64,000 nt of DNA, taken from assembly GCA_964016885.1 (NCBI GenBank), contig CAXHJY010001499.1:66553-130552 (forward strand). Direction: 5' to 3'. The stretch is from Eledone cirrhosa. Its lineage: Eukaryota. Shown piece by piece: positions 54,576-64,000 of the stretch. Within the stretch, counting starts at the first letter, position 1; each line of letters begins with the position of its first letter. The position numbers and the translations under genes were made by a program. Below the pieces are notes generated by a model. That model saw nothing but the letters and a program-made list of their open reading frames with translations, was not told the origin of the DNA and did not search any database.

Positions 54576-57500
54576 GTGCGTGTGTTTCTTATTGGCAACA
54601 TGACCCTCCCAAAGTATAACAATATCGGTTTCAACACACGATTTCAGATAAAGAATCTTGCTAAACAAATTCAGAAACGAAATATCGTAAGCCTTAGCCA
54701 GGCTAACAAGATACTGAAAACCACCATGTTCTGTTGTCTACGAAAAACCATAACATCTCGACAACTACACTTCATAAAACTGTGCACCACTTCTAGAATC
54801 TACACCAACACCATCAATACCGACGTTAGAAGATTACAACTCACCAAAAAACAAGCAGATAGGCTAAAACGAACTTTAATTCTAAACATAAAAAAGAAGA
54901 TCTATAGAGAATTAAGTCATCAAGAAAAACTAAAGCGTAACCTAATAGATGAAATATCTAAAATCACCACACCAGCAGAAAAACTAACATTTATAAGCCT
55001 TATACGCCCCGAAGAACAGTACATTACTCAAGAATGTAATAAGCACTTTAACAGAAAATTAAAGTGGCTTAAACAGGCAAAGCTAAATCGGGATACTATA
55101 GAGTATACCAATAGATATCCCGACAAAATTGACGGTATCAACATGGCCGACACCTCATTATCTGAAGAGTTCAACAATGAAAATACCAACATTTATGGAA
55201 ACACGAAAATAGATAATAATGAAATGTCTGTGTTACGTTTGCCACCCAAATTTGCGACATTCAAGAAGGTAAATATGATTAGTTGTCTGTCAGAAATAGA
55301 AAAATCATTTACGAAACTACGCTGGAGCATCAAAAACAAAAACAAAAGCAACAATATACGCACACACATATACAACACACATCCCAACAACAACAGACAC
55401 ACAGACACAAACAATAACAACAACAATAGCAACATACCCAGATACAATACCAACAATAGCAACATACCCAGATACAACAGACACGCAGACACAAACAACA
55501 ATAACAACACACACGGAGACAACAATAACAACAACACACACATCAACAACAACAACAACAGCAACATACCCAGATACAACAACAACAGACACGCAAACAC
55601 AAACAACAATAACAACACACACAACAACGATAACACACACACACACGGAGACAACAACACACATCAACAACAACACACATCAACAACAACAACACACACA
55701 CATTCAATGCCTCTCACCACCACTACAATCTTAACAAACACACAGACACAGAAAACAAGTAATGACAGTAGCACAGAAATCAGAGAAATAAGAGAAAGTA
55801 ATAGGATTAAAAGGAGTAGGGAGACTAAGGACAAAGAGAATAACCAAGACGAACACACAGACACACAAAATAGGGTAGATAACAACATTGAGCCAGTGGA
55901 AAGAGACAGGAGTAATTATGAGAGACATAGAAACAACCATGAAGCTGAGGCTGCTGCTGTTGGTGGAAATAGAAACAACACAACTAACAATAGCGCAAGT
56001 ACACATAAAGCAGCAGCCTGGAACTCTCCGTTTTATAACCACTCCGATAAATCATTCGACCTACGACGAGTCCACGCCACGACTTTGCCATTTAACAAAC
56101 GCACGCAGTTGCCGTCGCAGGTCGATGAACAAACAGAAGCACAATTTAGTATAGCTAAATCCGAACTTAGAAATATTATAGAACAGTATAGCAAGAAGCA
56201 TAATAGAATAGAGGCCCAGCAACTGGGAGAAGAATCTGCAAATGGCTTGCGTAAGCTCATGCAGCGCTCGCGTAATGGAGAGATAGCATGCTTTCCAACA
56301 GACAAGTCTGGCAGAATGTCGGTTGACAGCCTGCCAAACTACATCCAGGCAATGCAACCCCACATCACTAACACAAGAGAGGTAACACCACAGGAGCATG
56401 AGGACAGAGAAAAAACCCTCAATGCCCATATGGTGATGTGGACAAATATAATGCAGCCCAACAAAAGGACTGCCAACAACTTCCAGGCCTGGAACAATGA
56501 CGTGCCGGCGTTGTATGGGCTTCGAAAAGACCATAAAACGGGCTGGGACCCTGTCGCGGGACCACCAACACGGCCAGTCTGTGGGGCTAACATTGCTAGT
56601 AACTACAGACTGTCCTACTTCCTCTCCCTGATCATACGCCCCATCATTGAGATGTCCCCAGATGTGTGTGACAGCACGGAGGACCTCCTCAGCAGAATCG
56701 ACGCGGGTAACCGATCTGGGGACCTAACAAACTGCATAATAGGCAGTATGGATGTTGTGTCCCTGTATCCATCTATTGACGTGGATTTTGCTGTGGAGAA
56801 ATGCGTCGAAATGATCAGCGAGAGCAAGGTTGAGTTCCGTGGGATTGATACCAGTGAGCTGGGACTTCTACTTAAGCTTACCCATAGTAATAGTTACCTA
56901 GACACTTATGACCTTAGCAACCTGTGCCCTACAAGACCAGCAAGAGGCAGACCACCTACCATTACCTCAATGGCCAAGAAAACCCACACAGATAGATGGA
57001 ACGGGTGGACCAGAGCCATACGGACACCCGAAAACCACGATGAACTGAAGAAAATGATTGCACATGCGGTAGGGGCCAGCATAAAATTAACCCTTAAGGA
57101 ACATATGTTCAAATTTAATGGTAAAACATATGCCCAAGAGGAAGGAGCAGCCATTGGTGTTAGCATTGCAGGCGACATAGCTAACTTGTTCATGGTATGG
57201 TGGGACAGTAGACTTAAACAAAAACTTAAAGAACAATTAGAAGACAGATTAACCCTGATAATGTACTCCCGCTACGTAGATGATATAAACATCGTAGTTA
57301 AGACACCCCCACTAAAGAACAGTCAGGAACCTGAGAAAAACACAATGGAAAGCATCCAGCAAATAGCAAACTCCATCCACCAGAGCATTAGAGTTACTAT
57401 AGACTACCCAAGTAGACACCCCAACCATCGATTACCTGTACTAGACACAGAGCTCTGGTTAGATACTATTAACAACCAAAAACAAATCCTCCATTCCCAT

Positions 57501-58403
57501 TATGCCAAACCCATGACTTCCAAACATCTGATCCACCGAAACTCGGCCATTTCGGACCATACCAAAATCAACATACTGATTGCGGATTTGATACGGGTGA
57601 TGAGAAATGTGTCCCGCATGTGCAACCCCGAAGAACTAGAGAGACACATACAACACTTCATCCACCGTATGCAGTTCTCTGGCTACAATCAGAGAGATAG
57701 AATCAGAGTGTATAAAGGAGCCAGAACCAAATGGGAAAAAATGGTAAATAATGACATAAATGGGACCTGCCCCTTGTATAGGAGCAAATTTTGGAATAGA
57801 ATAGAAAGAACTAAGAACAAGGCCAATAGAATAAACTCATGGTATGATAGCAATAAATACCAGAGTGTAATGTTCATCAATACAACCCCTAGAGGTGAAC
57901 TAGCCTACAAATTTAGAAGGGCCCTAAAGAAACATAATCTCAATATTAAGATAGTAGAAAGACCTGGTACCTCCGTAAAAACACTTATTAGCAAGACATA
58001 CCCGTTCCAAAGACCCTCATGTATAGATAAGAAATGTATAACCTGTAAAATAAGCCCCCATATTAACTGTAAAACTAGAAATGTAGTATATAGCATAAGA
58101 TGTACTGAGGGACAATGTAGAAACAAAAATATAGTGTACATAGGTGAGACAGCTCGTAGTATAGGGGAACGAATAAATGAACACTGGCGAGACCTCCAAG
58201 ATAGTAAAGAATCATCTGTGCTCTACCAACATGCTAAGATAGAACACAGGGGTAAATTAGAGAGCATAGAAATAAAAATAGAATCCACACACAAGAAAGA
58301 CGCAATGTTTAGGCAAATTACAGAGGCAGTAAGCATAAAAGAATTAAAACCAAAATTAAATAGAAAATATGAGTGGAACAGCAACATCACAACTTACAAT
58401 TAA
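54576..58403 (+). CDS. PLE reverse transcriptase + GIY-YIG endonuclease, copy 3 (intact; first ATG at 54600)
   Basis: Protein identical to copy 2 in the ORF track. Confidence 0.96.
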   Translation: MRVFLIGNMTLPKYNNIGFNTRFQIKNLAKQIQKRNIVSLSQANKILKTTMFCCLRKTITSRQLHFIKLCTTSRIYTNTINTDVRRLQLTKKQADRLKRTLILNIKKKIYRELSHQEKLKRNLIDEISKITTPAEKLTFISLIRPEEQYITQECNKHFNRKLKWLKQAKLNRDTIEYTNRYPDKIDGINMADTSLSEEFNNENTNIYGNTKIDNNEMSVLRLPPKFATFKKVNMISCLSEIEKSFTKLRWSIKNKNKSNNIRTHIYNTHPNNNRHTDTNNNNNNSNIPRYNTNNSNIPRYNRHADTNNNNNTHGDNNNNNTHINNNNNSNIPRYNNNRHANTNNNNNTHNNDNTHTHGDNNTHQQQHTSTTTTHTHSMPLTTTTILTNTQTQKTSNDSSTEIREIRESNRIKRSRETKDKENNQDEHTDTQNRVDNNIEPVERDRSNYERHRNNHEAEAAAVGGNRNNTTNNSASTHKAAAWNSPFYNHSDKSFDLRRVHATTLPFNKRTQLPSQVDEQTEAQFSIAKSELRNIIEQYSKKHNRIEAQQLGEESANGLRKLMQRSRNGEIACFPTDKSGRMSVDSLPNYIQAMQPHITNTREVTPQEHEDREKTLNAHMVMWTNIMQPNKRTANNFQAWNNDVPALYGLRKDHKTGWDPVAGPPTRPVCGANIASNYRLSYFLSLIIRPIIEMSPDVCDSTEDLLSRIDAGNRSGDLTNCIIGSMDVVSLYPSIDVDFAVEKCVEMISESKVEFRGIDTSELGLLLKLTHSNSYLDTYDLSNLCPTRPARGRPPTITSMAKKTHTDRWNGWTRAIRTPENHDELKKMIAHAVGASIKLTLKEHMFKFNGKTYAQEEGAAIGVSIAGDIANLFMVWWDSRLKQKLKEQLEDRLTLIMYSRYVDDINIVVKTPPLKNSQEPEKNTMESIQQIANSIHQSIRVTIDYPSRHPNHRLPVLDTELWLDTINNQKQILHSHYAKPMTSKHLIHRNSAISDHTKINILIADLIRVMRNVSRMCNPEELERHIQHFIHRMQFSGYNQRDRIRVYKGARTKWEKMVNNDINGTCPLYRSKFWNRIERTKNKANRINSWYDSNKYQSVMFINTTPRGELAYKFRRALKKHNLNIKIVERPGTSVKTLISKTYPFQRPSCIDKKCITCKISPHINCKTRNVVYSIRCTEGQCRNKNIVYIGETARSIGERINEHWRDLQDSKESSVLYQHAKIEHRGKLESIEIKIESTHKKDAMFRQITEAVSIKELKPKLNRKYEWNSNITTYN

Positions 58404-58707
58404 GGACAAAATGAAAACACACACACACATATATAAACAACTTACAATTGAAAACACACACAAAATGAAAACACACACAAGACAAAATGAAAACACACAC
58501 ACACATAGAACAAACAACCAACCAACAATAAATAAATAAATAAACAAACAAATATAAATATAAAAATATAAAAATAGAAAAATGAACACAAACACACACA
58601 GACACCCGGATGTGGCGCATGCGCAAACTGAGCACGCAACCCACACACAAACAAAATGGCGTAGGATAGAAGAAAGGAAAGGCACAGAAACGAAGAAAGA
58701 AATCCCC

Positions 58708-58752
58708 AGTCACTGAAGAGGTCACAGAGTGTGTGACGAAAGAACTATGACT
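58708..58752 (+). ncRNA. Minimal hammerhead ribozyme in PLE pLTR
   Basis: Identical to 54422-54466. Confidence 0.82.
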
Positions 58753-58861
58753 ATATATATATAAACAACTATCTGGTTGTGGAACCAACCAACCAACCAG
58801 AAATTTATAAATTTGTAAATTTATAAATATATATTAAATTAAATTGAAGTGAAAGCAACTG

Positions 58862-61800
58862 GTGCGTGTGTTTCTTATTGGCAACATGACCCTCCCAAAG
58901 TATAACAATATCGGTTTCAACACACGATTTCAGATAAAGAATCTTGCTAAACAAATTCAGAAACGAAATATCGTAAGCCTTAGCCAGGCTAACAAGATAC
59001 TGAAAACCACCATGTTCTGTTGTCTACGAAAAACCATAACATCTCGACAACTACACTTCATAAAACTGTGCACCACTTCTAGAATCTACACCAACACCAT
59101 CAATACCGACGTTAGAAGATTACAACTCACCAAAAAACAAGCAGATAGGCTAAAACGAACTTTAATTCTAAACATAAAAAAGAAGATCTATAGAGAATTA
59201 AGTCATCAAGAAAAACTAAAGCGTAACCTAATAGATGAAATATCTAAAATCACCACACCAGCAGAAAAACTAACATTTATAAGCCTTATACGCCCCGAAG
59301 AACAGTACATTACTCAAGAATGTAATAAGCACTTTAACAGAAAATTAAAGTGGCTTAAACAGGCAAAGCTAAATCGGGATACTATAGAGTATACCAATAG
59401 ATATCCCGACAAAATTGACGGTATCAACATGGCCGACACCTCATTATCTGAAGAGTTCAACAATGAAAATACCAACATTTATGGAAACACGAAAATAGAT
59501 AATAATGAAATGTCTGTGTTACGTTTGCCACCCAAATTTGCGACATTCAAGAAGGTAAATATGATTAGTTGTCTGTCAGAAATAGAAAAATCATTTACGA
59601 AACTACGCTGGAGCATCAAAAACAAAAACAAAAGCAACAATATACGCACACACATATACAACACACATCCCAACAACAACAGACACACAGACACAAACAA
59701 TAACAACAACAATAGCAACATACCCAGATACAATACCAACAATAGCAACATACCCAGATACAACAGACACGCAGACACAAACAACAATAACAACACACAC
59801 GGAGACAACAATAACAACAACACACACATCAACAACAACAACAACAGCAACATACCCAGATACAACAACAACAGACACGCAAACACAAACAACAATAACA
59901 ACACACACAACAACGATAACACACACACACACGGAGACAACAACACACATCAACAACAACACACATCAACAACAACAACACACACACATTCAATGCCTCT
60001 CACCACCACTACAATCTTAACAAACACACAGACACAGAAAACAAGTAATGACAGTAGCACAGAAATCAGAGAAATAAGAGAAAGTAATAGGATTAAAAGG
60101 AGTAGGGAGACTAAGGACAAAGAGAATAACCAAGACGAACACACAGACACACAAAATAGGGTAGATAACAACATTGAGCCAGTGGAAAGAGACAGGAGTA
60201 ATTATGAGAGACATAGAAACAACCATGAAGCTGAGGCTGCTGCTGTTGGTGGAAATAGAAACAACACAACTAACAATAGCGCAAGTACACATAAAGCAGC
60301 AGCCTGGAACTCTCCGTTTTATAACCACTCCGATAAATCATTCGACCTACGACGAGTCCACGCCACGACTTTGCCATTTAACAAACGCACGCAGTTGCCG
60401 TCGCAGGTCGATGAACAAACAGAAGCACAATTTAGTATAGCTAAATCCGAACTTAGAAATATTATAGAACAGTATAGCAAGAAGCATAATAGAATAGAGG
60501 CCCAGCAACTGGGAGAAGAATCTGCAAATGGCTTGCGTAAGCTCATGCAGCGCTCGCGTAATGGAGAGATAGCATGCTTTCCAACAGACAAGTCTGGCAG
60601 AATGTCGGTTGACAGCCTGCCAAACTACATCCAGGCAATGCAACCCCACATCACTAACACAAGAGAGGTAACACCACAGGAGCATGAGGACAGAGAAAAA
60701 ACCCTCAATGCCCATATGGTGATGTGGACAAATATAATGCAGCCCAACAAAAGGACTGCCAACAACTTCCAGGCCTGGAACAATGACGTGCCGGCGTTGT
60801 ATGGGCTTCGAAAAGACCATAAAACGGGCTGGGACCCTGTCGCGGGACCACCAACACGGCCAGTCTGTGGGGCTAACATTGCTAGTAACTACAGACTGTC
60901 CTACTTCCTCTCCCTGATCATACGCCCCATCATTGAGATGTCCCCAGATGTGTGTGACAGCACGGAGGACCTCCTCAGCAGAATCGACGCGGGTAACCGA
61001 TCTGGGGACCTAACAAACTGCATAATAGGCAGTATGGATGTTGTGTCCCTGTATCCATCTATTGACGTGGATTTTGCTGTGGAGAAATGCGTCGAAATGA
61101 TCAGCGAGAGCAAGGTTGAGTTCCGTGGGATTGATACCAGTGAGCTGGGACTTCTACTTAAGCTTACCCATAGTAATAGTTACCTAGACACTTATGACCT
61201 TAGCAACCTGTGCCCTACAAGACCAGCAAGAGGCAGACCACCTACCATTACCTCAATGGCCAAGAAAACCCACACAGATAGATGGAACGGGTGGACCAGA
61301 GCCATACGGACACCCGAAAACCACGATGAACTGAAGAAAATGATTGCACATGCGGTAGGGGCCAGCATAAAATTAACCCTTAAGGAACATATGTTCAAAT
61401 TTAATGGTAAAACATATGCCCAAGAGGAAGGAGCAGCCATTGGTGTTAGCATTGCAGGCGACATAGCTAACTTGTTCATGGTATGGTGGGACAGTAGACT
61501 TAAACAAAAACTTAAAGAACAATTAGAAGACAGATTAACCCTGATAATGTACTCCCGCTACGTAGATGATATAAACATCGTAGTTAAGACACCCCCACTA
61601 AAGAACAGTCAGGAACCTGAGAAAAACACAATGGAAAGCATCCAGCAAATAGCAAACTCCATCCACCAGAGCATTAGAGTTACTATAGACTACCCAAGTA
61701 GACACCCCAACCATCGATTACCTGTACTAGACACAGAGCTCTGGTTAGATACTATTAACAACCAAAAACAAATCCTCCATTCCCATTATGCCAAACCCAT

Positions 61801-62689
61801 GACTTCCAAACATCTGATCCACCGAAACTCGGCCATTTCGGACCATACCAAAATCAACATACTGATTGCGGATTTGATACGGGTGATGAGAAATGTGTCC
61901 CGCATGTGCAACCCCGAAGAACTAGAGAGACACATACAACACTTCATCCACCGTATGCAGTTCTCTGGCTACAATCAGAGAGATAGAATCAGAGTGTATA
62001 AAGGAGCCAGAACCAAATGGGAAAAAATGGTAAATAATGACATAAATGGGACCTGCCCCTTGTATAGGAGCAAATTTTGGAATAGAATAGAAAGAACTAA
62101 GAACAAGGCCAATAGAATAAACTCATGGTATGATAGCAATAAATACCAGAGTGTAATGTTCATCAATACAACCCCTAGAGGTGAACTAGCCTACAAATTT
62201 AGAAGGGCCCTAAAGAAACATAATCTCAATATTAAGATAGTAGAAAGACCTGGTACCTCCGTAAAAACACTTATTAGCAAGACATACCCGTTCCAAAGAC
62301 CCTCATGTATAGATAAGAAATGTATAACCTGTAAAATAAGCCCCCATATTAACTGTAAAACTAGAAATGTAGTATATAGCATAAGATGTACTGAGGGACA
62401 ATGTAGAAACAAAAATATAGTGTACATAGGTGAGACAGCTCGTAGTATAGGGGAACGAATAAATGAACACTGGCGAGACCTCCAAGATAGTAAAGAATCA
62501 TCTGTGCTCTACCAACATGCTAAGATAGAACACAGGGGTAAATTAGAGAGCATAGAAATAAAAATAGAATCCACACACAAGAAAGACGCAATGTTTAGGC
62601 AAATTACAGAGGCAGTAAGCATAAAAGAATTAAAACCAAAATTAAATAGAAAATATGAGTGGAACAGCAACATCACAACTTACAATTAA
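58862..62689 (+). CDS. PLE reverse transcriptase + GIY-YIG endonuclease, copy 4 (intact; first ATG at 58886)
   Basis: Protein identical to copies 2 and 3. Confidence 0.96.
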   Translation: MRVFLIGNMTLPKYNNIGFNTRFQIKNLAKQIQKRNIVSLSQANKILKTTMFCCLRKTITSRQLHFIKLCTTSRIYTNTINTDVRRLQLTKKQADRLKRTLILNIKKKIYRELSHQEKLKRNLIDEISKITTPAEKLTFISLIRPEEQYITQECNKHFNRKLKWLKQAKLNRDTIEYTNRYPDKIDGINMADTSLSEEFNNENTNIYGNTKIDNNEMSVLRLPPKFATFKKVNMISCLSEIEKSFTKLRWSIKNKNKSNNIRTHIYNTHPNNNRHTDTNNNNNNSNIPRYNTNNSNIPRYNRHADTNNNNNTHGDNNNNNTHINNNNNSNIPRYNNNRHANTNNNNNTHNNDNTHTHGDNNTHQQQHTSTTTTHTHSMPLTTTTILTNTQTQKTSNDSSTEIREIRESNRIKRSRETKDKENNQDEHTDTQNRVDNNIEPVERDRSNYERHRNNHEAEAAAVGGNRNNTTNNSASTHKAAAWNSPFYNHSDKSFDLRRVHATTLPFNKRTQLPSQVDEQTEAQFSIAKSELRNIIEQYSKKHNRIEAQQLGEESANGLRKLMQRSRNGEIACFPTDKSGRMSVDSLPNYIQAMQPHITNTREVTPQEHEDREKTLNAHMVMWTNIMQPNKRTANNFQAWNNDVPALYGLRKDHKTGWDPVAGPPTRPVCGANIASNYRLSYFLSLIIRPIIEMSPDVCDSTEDLLSRIDAGNRSGDLTNCIIGSMDVVSLYPSIDVDFAVEKCVEMISESKVEFRGIDTSELGLLLKLTHSNSYLDTYDLSNLCPTRPARGRPPTITSMAKKTHTDRWNGWTRAIRTPENHDELKKMIAHAVGASIKLTLKEHMFKFNGKTYAQEEGAAIGVSIAGDIANLFMVWWDSRLKQKLKEQLEDRLTLIMYSRYVDDINIVVKTPPLKNSQEPEKNTMESIQQIANSIHQSIRVTIDYPSRHPNHRLPVLDTELWLDTINNQKQILHSHYAKPMTSKHLIHRNSAISDHTKINILIADLIRVMRNVSRMCNPEELERHIQHFIHRMQFSGYNQRDRIRVYKGARTKWEKMVNNDINGTCPLYRSKFWNRIERTKNKANRINSWYDSNKYQSVMFINTTPRGELAYKFRRALKKHNLNIKIVERPGTSVKTLISKTYPFQRPSCIDKKCITCKISPHINCKTRNVVYSIRCTEGQCRNKNIVYIGETARSIGERINEHWRDLQDSKESSVLYQHAKIEHRGKLESIEIKIESTHKKDAMFRQITEAVSIKELKPKLNRKYEWNSNITTYN

Positions 62690-62993
62690 GGACAAAATGA
62701 AAACACACACACACATATATAAACAACTTACAATTGAAAACACACACAAAATGAAAACACACACAAGACAAAATGAAAACACACACACACATAGAACAAA
62801 CAACCAACCAACAATAAATAAATAAATAAACAAACAAATATAAATATAAAAATATAAAAATAGAAAAATGAACACAAACACACACAGACACCCGGATGTG
62901 GCGCATGCGCAAACTGAGCACGCAACCCACACACAAACAAAATGGCGTAGGATAGAAGAAAGGAAAGGCACAGAAACGAAGAAAGAAATCCCC

Positions 62994-63038
62994 AGTCACT
63001 GAAGAGGTCACATAGTGTGTGACGAAAGAACTATGACT
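62994..63038 (+). ncRNA. Minimal hammerhead ribozyme in PLE pLTR
   Basis: As above with one G>T change in loop II. Confidence 0.82.
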
Positions 63039-63189
63039 ATATATATATAAACAACTATCTGGTTGTGGAACCAACCAACCAACCAGAAATTTATAAATTT
63101 GTAAATTTATAAATATATATTAAATTAAATTGAAGTGAAAGCAACTGGTGCGTGTGTTTCTTATTGGCAACATGACCCTCCCAAAGTAT

Positions 63190-63291
<102 letters not shown>

Positions 63292-63580
63292 TTATTAAAA
63301 TAACAGATTTTCCTTATCGAGCCCTCTCTGGATTTTAGTCTTCAATTTTATTATTATTACTATATATATATATATATATAAAACCTGATTAGTTCTATCG
63401 CTACTTTGGTATGTATTGTGCGTTAGTTTAGCATACCACAATGTTCGATTCGTCAAGCTATTTAAACGTATGTTATTACTCTAAGGCCCTAACTCATCGA
63501 GTGCTTTGCTAACTCATCACTTCATATAAGTACGCCGAATTTACTTGCAAACCGCCAGAGTTTTGATTTTACTGATTTCC

Positions 63581-63669
<89 letters not shown>

Positions 63670-63672
<3 letters not shown>

Positions 63673-63894
63673 TTATTAAAATAACAGATTCGAGTCTAAG
63701 CAAATATTCTCTTCTTTCACCCATAACGTGATCTTCTGAGTTTCAGAAGATCCGTTAAGGGTGAATACAGCGATTCTTTGCTTAAACTTTAATCTGTTAT
63801 GTTAATAAATATTTGCTCTACGGTTCTTATATATTTGATACATAATTATCCTTACCGAGCCCTCTTGGATTTTAGCCTTCAAATTTATTATTAT

Positions 63895-63900
<6 letters not shown>
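63670..63900. mobile_element. Fold-back palindrome of the CAGAAGA-hammerhead family tail
   Basis: 63670-63739 is the diverged reverse complement of ~63743-63812; centre at the 5' edge of the ribozyme; (TA)n on both sides. Confidence 0.8.
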
Positions 63901-63941
<41 letters not shown>

Positions 63942-64000
63942 AGTATATATACATTTAAATACATTTACATATATCTATATATTGTGTATGCGTGTGTGTA

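Overview
AT-rich, microsatellite-dense animal genomic DNA made almost entirely of transposable elements; the SINE/LINE/PLE mix resembles octopus (inference). No host gene exon could be supported. The dominant structure is a ~17.8-kb near-perfect palindrome (45373-63197) holding four almost identical copies of a 4286-bp Penelope-like element (PLE; 1275-aa RT + GIY-YIG ORF, hammerhead ribozyme in each pseudo-LTR). Two copies lie in tandem on each strand, joined head-to-head, and both outer ends stop at the same element base against a (TA)n tract. Reading the short islands between (TA)n tracts by eye shows about ten sequence-unrelated families carrying type I hammerhead ribozyme folds. Several have variant cores (U3-A8, CAGAAGA, CCGAUGA), and many form small fold-back palindromes with junctions in or beside the ribozyme, like miniatures of the large one. 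Also present: three decayed PLEs of a second type (CxCx5C linker), a decayed Helitron interrupted by a G-rich minisatellite, an RTE LINE with a twin-priming-type inversion, bipartite RTE-derived non-autonomous elements, CR1-like fragments, an RLE-type LINE remnant and tRNA-derived SINEs. All RNA folds were paired by eye; none was computed or tested.
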